A stretch of 64,000 nt of DNA from contig NC_086374.1 of the NCBI RefSeq assembly GCF_036588685.1, positions 9,982,001 to 10,046,000 of the forward strand, written 5' to 3'. The position numbers and the translations under genes were made by a program. Positions within the stretch are counted from its first letter, which is position 1, and every line of letters begins with the position of its first letter. Source of the DNA: Mytilus trossulus (Eukaryota). Below the pieces are notes generated by a model. The model was not told the DNA's origin, made no database searches, and saw only the letters and a list, made by a program, of their open reading frames with translations. This document shows, piece by piece, positions 11,208 to 21,965 of this stretch.

Positions 11208-12760
11208 TCAAAAAAAGTTATCTTAAGAACTGGGGTCCTTTCACACTGCTATGTGTAATCTGTAAGATAGCTACAGCAAGTCTTGTAAATAGATTTAAAA
11301 AGGTCTTGGTAAACATTATTAGTCAAACACAAAAAGGTTTTCTTAAAAGTATGTATATAGGCGAATGTACAAGATTTGTTTATGATCTGATAGAAAAATG
11401 GGAGAAAACGACATTCCTGGACTTTTAACTTTTATTAGATTTTGGGAAAAGCTTTCGACAAAGTTTAGTGTTTTTTTGTAAATGAGGCTTTGAAGTTTTA
11501 TGGCTTTGACCACACATTTATAAGTTGGATTAAGGCATGCTTCTGTGATGTCTCTAGTGCGGTTTTAAATAACGGGAATATCTCAGAATTATTTTCATTA
11601 AAATGGGGTGTCTGTCAAGGGGATGATCCTATGTCTCCTTATCTATTTATTTTAGTGCTTGAATTACTAAGTGAAGCTATTACTAATGACCCTGATGTTG
11701 GTGGTGTAACAATTAATGACTCTCAAATTTTTTTCAGTCAATACGCAAACGATTCTTCTGTAGTCGCGGATGGTGACTACAAATCCCTAATTCAGTGTTA
11801 ATAATCATTTTCAGAATGTGCTGGACCTAGGTGTAATGTTGACAAAACCGAAGCAATATGGATTGGGTCAAAAAAGCGAAGTATGGAAAAATTTTTGCCA
11901 GAAAAAAAACTTGTTTGGAACCATTCTGGGAGGTTTGAACTGTTTGGTATATGGTTTAAGCTTGCTTAAGTGGAATTGTGTAATTATACAGCCAAGATAA
12001 ACATATCAAGGCATTACGCAATACTTGGGCTTAAAGAGAACTAACATATATTGATAGGGTTGTAGTTATTTTAGCCCTTCCCATTTTAAGTCAAAATCTG
12101 ACTGTCTTTCCTAATCCCCCAGAAGGGGTTTTGAAAGAGGTTCAGAATATATTTTTCAGCTTTTTATGGAAAGGTTAACCGGATAAAGTGAAAAGGGCAG
12201 TGATAATGTCCGAACACTGTGATGGTGGTCTTAAGATGCCTAATATTCATTATTTTTGCTATAGTGTAACAATGTCTTGGCTGTATAAATGATTAAATCC
12301 CCAAAATTACTCTCCTTGGAAAGTCTTGTTACTTAGTTCTATAAAAAAATGTTTTGGGGGGACAACACTTTACACTTGAGTCAAGAGGTATCATTGCTTT
12401 ATAAAGCAGAAAAAGTTAATCCGTTTTGGTATGATATCCTGGTAAATTTTCCATGTTAAAAAATAAGCTTTAAGCTGATTTTTTTTTGAAATTCTGCCCA
12501 ATGTCCATATGATTGAACCCGAACATCAAAATAGATTGCAGGATGACATGCGATTCTGAACAGATGGAAAAGTATAATAGAAGATAGTTCAAAACTGGAA
12601 ATTAATGAAAATAAATCAAATAGATAAATTGAAAAAGGAACCAAAATTTTGTAAATTGTTCTATACATATGTTTTTGAGGATAATAAAGCGATATCTTTA
12701 TCTTCCCGTGAAAAATGGAACAGAGATTTAAATATGAAAATTGAAGATTGGAATGCTATT
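11208..12760 (+). pseudogene. L1/Tx1-like LINE ORF2 fragment 3 (RT core and downstream)
   Basis: IISQTQKGFLK..YIGECTR, LLDFGK, GVCQGDDPMSPYLFILVLELL, SQYANDSSV (decayed YADD), KTEAIWIG, GGLKMPNI; multiple stops and frameshifts. Confidence 0.88.
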
Positions 12761-13640
12761 TAAGACAGACAACTAGATACCATTAATATACTACGTATAC
12801 ACAAGCCAGAGTCTGAGCTTGATTTGCTATAAGATATAAAAACTAAACTGACGAAAAAAGGTCATTTATTCAAAATCATAAAATGCAAAAAATACATTTT
12901 GCAAATAAAACATTTGACATAAAAGTTCATATTTAATATGAAATAATAATACTTAATTACTACGAAATTACATCAACTAATATCATGTCAATTGAATAAA
13001 TGACAAAGAATAGCAAAGGTGGGGAGAAAAACCTGCCACAAATCCACTCTTTGGCTGAAAGAGTGGATGTGAAATCCACTCTAAGGCTAAAAGAGTGGAT
13101 CCCACACCCGAGGACTCTGGCGACGTGAATACAATTATATATGACTAGAAGAAAGAAGAAAAAATACATTCACATACATGTACACCAAACACATATCACT
13201 TTATTATGTAAAACGTTTCCATATTTAGCAGAAATATTAAAAGTTCCTATTTTCATATACCAAGATATTACTTTAAAATTATCCTTTACTGGTAAAAATG
13301 ATTAAAGTTGTAAATCTTATTCCGACCAGGATCACAGCAATACATTACAATAGAATCGCAGTTACAATGTAAGTATGATTCAGAGTTCATATTTCTTCTT
13401 ACATCCAGACATTTAAATATAGAATTTGTATATATTTTAGTACAGACAATTAGTACTTTGATTAACCGAAACTATATTTTTAATTTTAAAAATTCAAACG
13501 AAACTAAAGTATATTTTTACAAAGCCCTGGATCCTTTCTAAATACGAAGTTTTATATCTGACTATTTCTGTAAGGGATCATGAGCAAAGGATTCCCAAAT
13601 ACACTTGACACTTTTCAATCGAAAATGTATAAACATAAAA

Positions 13641-13955
13641 AAGAAGATGTGGTATGATGCCAATGAGACAGTTCCCCACAAGAGACCAAAATGACACGGA
13701 AATTAACGACTATAGGTCATCGCACGGCCTTTAACAATGAGCAAAGCCTATATTGCATAGTCAGCTATTAAAGACCCCAAAATGACCATGTAAAACAATT
13801 CAAAAAAGAAAACTAACGGCCGTATTTACATAAAAAAAAAAATCAAAAAATAAATGAACAAAAAACTTAAATGTAACACATAAGCAAACGACAACCACTG
13901 AACTACAAACTCCTAACTTGGGAAAGGCACATACATACATAATATGGCGGGGTGA
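13641..13955 (+). repeat. Abundant dispersed repeat (aagaagatgtggtatgat.gccaatgagaca family)
   Basis: Related copies at ~25585-25760, 30897-31160, 53876-54078, 55325-55400, and reversed at ~52120-52420, 54180-54225, 63368-63405. Confidence 0.8.
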
Positions 13956-14806
13956 ATTCCATAGGGTAAACATTTTCAAATTAAAATTAGTAAATAAGTA
14001 TTTACTGTAAACCTTTTTTAACTCTCAGTTATTTTTGTTGTGATCCGAATTGATATGAGACTATAGAAATGATTTTCGTAACTCATGATACGGTAAAAAG
14101 AAAAGTTTTAGTCACAATTTTTAATATACAGCTTTTCAGAATTTTAGTGACTGGTGAACATCACCATTCAATATTAATAGTTATAATTTATATCGATAAC
14201 ACCACTATAAAAAAAGGAGGAATACACCAAACTAAATTCAACCTAACATAAAATAAATTCATTCCTTCCTGGCATGCGACAGAACTTGTTTTAACAAACT
14301 GTTATTCCAATGCAATACATTTAAAAGGTTTATATTGTATATTCTAACATGACGTCCTTCAAACGCTTTGAGTACACACCCGTGGTAAAATATGAATATA
14401 TTGTATTGGCTGTTCCGATCGTACTCCCACGTCATATGTTTATTTGTGAATGAACAAACCGACGTCATAGAATGATGACGTAATAATTAAAGCATTTTAC
14501 GGGAAAATACACGCTTCTGTCACCGAAAATCATCACAACAAGGAAAAGTAAACAAACGATGCTTACATGTGGTATAAGCCCCCCCTTTTTTTTTACATAG
14601 AAGACATATAAGTAAATTATCATTAAAATTCATCCAAATCTATCCTATTACGTTATAGTAAATAGTTTGAGTATGTCACTTTATTCTGTTTGCTCCGTTC
14701 TTTTACGCCAATCTAAAAGTGCGTTAATTTATGGGAACGGCAAATATTTGCCTCCACCTAGAGCGCTTCGATCCAAAAGAATTGCCGTATTTGTCCTATT
14801 AGAATC

Positions 14807-14965
14807 GAAATAATTCATGGGGGCTTGAATATATCTAGATTTTACCACGGGTTGTCCCTTTATGCCGATATTTTACCCCTCGCTATCGCTCAGGGTAAAA
14901 TATTTGTCATAAAGGGCCAACCCGTGGTAAAATCACGATATATTCAAGCCCCCATGAATTATTTC
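14807..14965. repeat. Near-perfect 159-bp palindrome (foldback/MITE-like)
   Basis: gaaataattcatgggggcttgaatatat..ttttaccacgggttg..cccttta pairs with taaagggccaacccgtggtaaaa..atatattcaagcccccatgaattatttc; short loop around cgctatcgct. Confidence 0.9.
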
Positions 14966-15414
14966 TTAAGTAGTAAATAAAGATGTAAAATGAATAATAT
15001 AATATTCCAGCCTTAAGTGGTGTATCATATAATTTTTTGTACCTTAACGATAAAAGTTAAAAGATGTAAGTTTTAACCGAGTAAATATTTATAGCTTTTG
15101 ACACATACTATAAACATTTAACCAAAAGAAAAAGGAAAAAAAACCAATTTAGTTAATAACCAGTTTAGTTATAAATATAAAAACTTTGGTTTGTGATGGA
15201 TTTAATTCTTAAGACCATAGCATTTAGACAACATTGGAATATATATATAATTTGAATAATTAGTATGAATAAGCACGGCAACATTTAAAACCAAAACATG
15301 AATTACGAATTATTCATGTATACATACAGGAAGTTAAACCGAGCCTACCGAATGATCCCATTGACACTCGAACAATGTGTAAAGAAATGATGAGGAGGGC
15401 GGCAATAAAGACAT

Positions 15415-15995
15415 ATATTGTATGAAATAAAGATCACAAACGTTTTAGCAGGCTATACTGACCCAAAACAGGATACATTGAAATTATGTGAAATAAAGAT
15501 AAAAACCGTTTTGGCAGGCAATGCTGATCCAAAACAAGACAGATGTAATTATAAGAAATAAAGATCATTAAACGTTTTGACAGGCAATGCTGGCCCAAAA
15601 GAAGACAGTTGTAATTATAAGAAATAAAAATCATCAAATGTTTTGGCAAGCAATGCTGACCCAAAACAAGACAGTTGTAATTATATGAAATAAAAATAAT
15701 AACCGTTTTGGCAGGCAATGCTGGCCCAAAACAAGGCAGATGTAATTATAAGAAATAAAGATAATAAAACGTTTTGGCAGGCAATGCTGGCCCAAAACAA
15801 GACAGTTGTAATTATAAGAAATAAAAATCATAAAATGTTTTGGCAAGCAATGCTGACCCAAAACAAGACAGTTGTAATTATATGAAATAAAGATAATAAA
15901 CGTTTTGGCAGGCAATGCTGACCCAAAACAAGACAGTTGTGATGGTTTGAAATAAAGATCATAATGTTTTGTCAGGTAATACTGACCCGCAACAG
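15415..15995. repeat. Tandem minisatellite, 66-bp unit, ~9 copies
   Basis: Unit aaacgttttggcaggcaatgctgacccaaaacaagacagttgtaattatatgaaataaagatcata; the 22-aa periodicity of ORFs 15434/15634 reflects this. Confidence 0.92.
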
Positions 15996-17139
15996 CTGAA
16001 GTATAAAGTTCTGATCCTAAATTTATTCTTTTTAGCTGTTAAATTCTATAAACGTATTTGACTTCAATCCTTGAATCACGGATACTATTAGGACCATTCC
16101 ATCTATGAACTGCGGCAGAAGTCTTTGTTTGTTTTATTTTCTTCCTCTAAAACTAAGTGATGTATGTAAGTAACGAGAGTCCCGAACAACGAACGACATA
16201 GTCAACTTTAAAGAGATGATGGAATAACATTAGGAACTTTGAGCTTTCATCGTAACTAGGGTCCACTTGTGTAACAAAATGCTGATCGAAGTCGTTTTTT
16301 GTAAATTTATAAAACAGTCAATTAGGCTTTGGTTAGTCAATGTTGATACGACTCGCACTTCTGGATCAAAATTCTAATTACGAAATTAGGTATGTGTCCT
16401 TAATGTCAGTGAAACAGCAACCCATCACTATTCGTATGTTCGTATTATCGGACTTATCATGCTTATGGCATATCGCTGGCAAAAGAAAGTATATGGAAGT
16501 TGTTGATATCACGCTTTATTGCACACGTCCTTAAATGGGGAAAGTTCTTTCGTAGATTAATGCCATTTTTAGCGCTCTTCGTCCATAGTCAAGGCATGAA
16601 ATAATCAAAAATATATATAAAATAATGGATAAAAATTAAATTCTCATTAAAAACAATCTTGGTCTTACTCAAGGACCACAAACATAACGCATGTTAAGGA
16701 ATAGTATGCGATAATTAAATTATCAAAGTTTCCCTTCTTTAATAATCAACCATTAAACAGAAAAGATGTTTTTATCATGTATTAAATGAGTAATAAAGAG
16801 TATGAACTTGAAAATATCATCAGTTTATGTCTATAAATGTCTTGTCCAATGTTATTTTCATTAACACATCTAGTATATAGAAAAAAGCAAACCACCTTAC
16901 AGTGCATAAGTATCGGCATAAAAATTATCAATTACGTTCATCGCAACCCAAACTATATCATTTACATGAATTATACTAGTAAAGATAAATAAAATAATAC
17001 AATAAAAACATGTATAATTACAAACTGACAAACATGTAAATCTGACTACATGTATCAAAATACTGGCAATTTTGTATGAAGTTAAAGAATTGATTACAAA
17101 ATTAATTTATTCCAAACCAATCACCATGACGAAAAAATA

Positions 17140-17900
17140 ATTAAATGTAGTTTAGCATGAGTTTCATGGCGAAGCATAAAACAATACATAGATCATAGAC
17201 CAAGCTACTACGACCTCTGCAAAAATATATCATGCGTTTCATGACGAAGCATAAAACAAAACCCACTACATATTAACTTTACAAAAGCAAATACACAGAG
17301 GTCATAGACCAAGCTACTACGACCTCTGAAAAAGTAGCATGAGTTTCATGACGAAGCATAAAACAATACAGAGATCATAGACCAAGCTACTACGACCTCT
17401 GTAAAACCGAAGCAGCATGAGTTTCATGACGAAGCATAAAACAATACCCACTACATACTACAATATTTGCAAAAGTAAATACACAGAGGTCATAGACCAA
17501 GCTACCACAACCTCTGAGAAAAATAATACACAGAGGACATAAGTACAAGCAACCACGCCCTCTGCGAAAATTTAAATATCGTCCACATTACCCAAAACAG
17601 GCAAAGACAGGTAAATTGGTTCGTAATAAATAAGCATTGGGTTGCGATAAACATATAGGTAAGAGACATATCCTTTTTATACCGATCACATAAAGCAAAC
17701 AAGGTACACTTGCATAAATTAAAATACTAACACTTATAGCGATTAGGCTAACTTGCAAAATTATGATAAGCTCAAACCAAACTGCCGTGACGAGATTTAC
17801 GAAAGTAGCATGAGTTTCGTGACATAGCATAAAACAATGAACTCTGCATAAAACGTAATGAAAAAGCACATACACAGAGGTCATAAATACAAGCAGTCAA
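17140..17900. repeat. Complex tandem repeat with alternating ~76- and ~107-bp units
   Basis: catgagtttcatgacgaagcataaaacaa..gtcatagaccaagctactacgacctctg at 17156, 17231, 17338, 17416 and ~17809. Confidence 0.8.
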
Positions 17901-18848
17901 GCTTACTGCACCAATTGAAATCACTCCAACCTTACCCAAACAAGTAAGTCAAATAGGTTTGTAACACAATAGCTTAGCATCAATACTTAAACTGTCTTGC
18001 TCTTTCATATAAGAGTACTTAAAATGTATGAAACCGTTAATAACATCATATAAATTATAAGTGTATAACTTGGCATTCTATCATGTATGGTATTATTATC
18101 GTTATGCAATAATCCAATTTTTAATTGTAGTAAATTTAAACGAATCATATCTTACAAATGCATAAGGCGGATATACGTTCTGCAAACATTATGATGCTGT
18201 AAAGGATGCAGTAACTTGTAAAATTACAATCAGGTTAATCATCAGATAAATGCTAAATAATTACATTTTGATCGCAAACCGCGGCATAGTGTCGCCACCC
18301 ACATGAAAATCAAATTGACGCAATATCTCTTTGACAAAGAAATGAATTTGACCAACTGCTCATGTTTGGCATTAATCTAAATAGTGAGTTTTTTCCGAAT
18401 GAAAATATGGTTAAAAAAATAACTACGTTTGTTCAAAATGTAAGCATAGAATAGCTTAAAAAAAAATTATAGTTCGATTTTACCTGAAATAGCTAAAATG
18501 AAATCACTCCAGTCCAAAATTATCCATAAAATACAAAACAAAATCACATATAATTTTGAACAAATTGTTTGATAAGAATCACACAAGTGAACACATAAAA
18601 TGCTGATGATAAAAGGAAGTGACCACAATGAACTTACACGTGAACTCGTGCTGACCCGCAATGCCATTGACCAATAAGAAAGATGATATCCGGTCATGCA
18701 TTGGACATAAAAGAAATTTCTCTGCACGTGAAAACAAGTTATCTAATTTCAACAATTTATCGTTTAATGAAGTAGGACACTCTGACCCTTTGACCAGACT
18801 AGAGACATTATACACAGTGTATATAAAGTGCGAATCCAGCTAGTTCAT

Positions 18849-20091
18849 TTTTATACGACCGCAAAATTTGAAAAAAAAATCGTCGTATATTGCTATCACG
18901 TTGGCGTCGTCGTCTGCGTCGTCGTCGTCGTCGTCCGAATACTTTTAGTTTTCGCACTCTAACTTTATTAAAAGATAATAGAAATCAATGAAATTTTAAC
19001 ACAAGGTTTATGACCACAAAAGGATGGTTGGTATTGATTTTGGGAGTTTTGGTCCTAACATTTTAGGAATTAGGGGCCAAAAAGGGCCCAAATAAGCATT
19101 TTCTTGGTTTTCGCACTATAACTTTAGTTTAAGTTAATAGAAATCTATGATATTTTGACACAAGGTTTATGACCACAAAAGAAAGGTTGGGATTGATTTT
19201 GGGAGTTTTGATTCTAACTGTTTAGGAATTAGGGGCCAAAAAAGGGCCCAAATAAGCATTATTCTTGGTTTTCGCACAATAACTTTAGTTTAAGTCAATA
19301 GAAATCAATGAAATTTAAACACAATGTTTATGAACACAAAAGGAAGGTTGGTATTGATTTTGGGAGTTTAGGTCCCAACAGATTAGGAATTAGGGGCCAA
19401 AAAGGGACCCAAATAAGCATTTTTCTTGGTTTTCGCACCATAACGTTAGTATAAGTAATTAGAAATCTCTGAAATTTAAACACAAGCTTTATGACCATAA
19501 AAGGAATGTTGGTATTTATTTTGGGAGTTTTGGTCCCAACAGTTTAGGAATAAGGGGCCCAAAGGGTCCAAAATTAAACTTTGTTTGATTTCATCAAAAT
19601 TGAATAATTGGGGTTCTTTGATATGCCGAATCTAACTGTGTATGTAGATTCTTAACTTTTGGTCCCGTTTTCAAATTGGTCTACATTAAGGTCCAAAGGG
19701 TCCAAAATTAAACTTAGTTTGATTTTGACAAAAAATGAATCGGTTGGGTTCTTTGATATGCTGAATCTAAAAATGTACTTAATTTCTTGATTATTGGCCC
19801 AGTTTTCAAGTTGGTCCAAATCAGGATCTAAAACTATTATATTAAGTATTGTGCAATAGCAAGTCTTTTCAATTGTACAGTATTGTGCAATGGCAAGAAA
19901 TATCTAATTGCACAATATTGTGAAATAGCAATTTTTTTTTAATTAGACCATTCAGTGATAACAAGCAGTTTTTTTTACATCTTTTATGATGTATTTAAAT
20001 GAGTAGTTATTGTTGCAAACTCCATTAGAAATTTTAATTGAGATTAGTTTTGGAATAAGGGAAAGGGGGATGTGATTAAAAAAATTGGGTC
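18849..20091 (+). mobile_element. Helentron-associated (HINE/DINE-1-like) element with (GTC)n and internal ~160-bp tandem repeats, 3'-truncated
   Basis: Starts in a T run (tttatacgaccgca), subterminal inverted motif (cgtcgtata), (cgt)n microsatellite 18905-18935, four ~160-bp units to ~19560, then ~125-bp units. Confidence 0.75.
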
Positions 20092-20690
20092 TGATTAATT
20101 TTCAATTAGCAAATAAAACTGGTTATATTCCATGCCCTTAATTATAACCAGAAGTACTTTTTTTTTACAAAACTTTCAATTTAAGGTTGTTCATAGAATT
20201 CTACCATGTAATTCGTTTTTATTGAAATGTCAATTAAAAGAAACTGAACTATGTACATTTTGTTCAGAAATTGAATTAAGAAGTCATTTTAGGTGTGTCG
20301 GAGGATTTCGTCAACAGGAAAATAGTTAATAATGTTTCGCTGTTATTCAAATACTATCCATACGAAAGTAGATGTAAGAACATGCCCCCTCTAAAATATG
20401 GTGGAATAGAATATTTAAAGTATTTGATTAATATAGAAAATACTATGTATGTTTTTAACCCCTGTACAAAAAGTAAAAATAGATCAAAAATGGAATTTGT
20501 AAGAAGCAGCTTTTATTCAATTTTATTAACAAAATCATTTATAATATTTATATGTATATCTTATTATATCCTTTTGGCTTGATTGATCTTTCAAGTTTAA
20601 CTTCATTTTTTACAATGTGTATCGAATACTGCAGTATGTAATTTCACAGGTTTCATGAAATTAAATAATTATATATAAAAAAAACGTTAA
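20092..20690 (+). pseudogene. L1/Tx1-like LINE ORF2 C-terminal zinc-finger region and 3' end
   Basis: LQNFQFKVVHRILPCNSFLLK....ELCTFCSEIE (zf-RVT-type motif) followed by an A-rich end at ~20665-20697. Confidence 0.8.
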
Positions 20691-20710
20691 AAAAAATAAT
20701 TATATATATG

Positions 20711-21000
20711 AAATTGAGTATGAAAATGGGGAATGTGTCACCGAGACAACAACCCGACCATAGAAAAAGACAACAGCAGAAGGTCACCAACAGGTCTTCA
20801 ATGTAACGAGAAATTCACGCACCCGAATGTGTCCTTCAGCTGGCTCCTTAACAAATATATACTAGTTCAGTTATAATGAACGCCATACTTATTTTCAAAT
20901 TGTTAACAAGAAACTAGAATTAAAATAATTCAAGACTAACAAAGGCCAGAGGCTCCTGACTTGGGACAGGCGCAAAAATGCGGCGGTGTTAAACATGTTT
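20711..21000 (+). repeat. Full copy of the abundant dispersed repeat (aaattgagaatggaaatgggg family)
   Basis: Reverse-complement copy at ~40300-40610; rearranged copy at 1467-1846. Confidence 0.8.
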
Positions 21001-21002
21001 AT

Positions 21003-21138
21003 GATATATATATATATATATATATACAACTCGTCTAAACATCAACCCAACAATGTTAGATCTGTAAATTTGCTTTATATATATATATAATATATATACA
21101 ACTCGTCTAAACATCAACCCAACTATATATATATATAA
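21003..21138. repeat. (TA)n microsatellite with an embedded duplicated motif caactcgtctaaacatcaacccaac
   Basis: Motif occurs at ~21027 and ~21099, each copy flanked by TA runs. Confidence 0.8.
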
Positions 21139-21965
21139 TACCCACCTTCATATGATCACCACCAATATTTCGTAGCCATAAAGAAGTAAATTTGTGTAAA
21201 TATTTCATGCGATGACAGTGAACGTAAATAGCATGTCTAGCTAACTATACTATACACTACATGAACGTATTAAGCTTATTGTTAAAACGGCCAGTTTTGC
21301 TTTTTTTATTTCAATTTGTTTTTGCAATAATTCGATTTTGAGTTATTATGTTTTTATGTTTCTGTGTTTTTGACTTTTAATATGGTCTGTTCGGCTTCCA
21401 TAAAATGTGAGATAAAAAACAAAATATGAATTCAAAATTAAAATGATATGTGTGTTTGGAGTAAAAAAAAATAGAAGTTTCTACAAATTTAATGTGTTTA
21501 GATTTTTGTTTATTTTGTTCACGCTAGTCGAAAACCACGATATATCTAACCTGACAAGTCATTATCATTTGAAGTGGTGTGGAACTAGAGTAATAAATGC
21601 ATATCATCATATATTATTCTAATTGTGAAAATTTAAATCTATAATTTGATCTTAACAAGTGTAGCTGGCAGACAAATGATTCGTAAAATTACACATAAAC
21701 AACCTTTTAAAAGTAAAATTCCAAAAATATCTTACTCAGTATATGTTTAAAGTTTTAAAATTGATAAAAAAATAATGTTTGTAATCATAATTTGTTTTTT
21801 TTTAGATGAAATGTTCCTGTAATTGGTTATTTTTGAAATATTAGTGAGTGGGTTTTTGACAGAAATTGTCATGAAAAGATAATAAGCAAGAAAGTAGGCG
21901 AACAAAATACCTTTAATAATCTCTTTTATCCAACAAAGTTTGCTTCGTTGTACAACTAGAGACAT

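Noticed and set aside
15434-15915. ORFs with 22-aa Cys/His periodicity resembling zinc fingers
   Set aside because: By-product of a 66-bp minisatellite; frames break between units and C2H2 spacing is absent.
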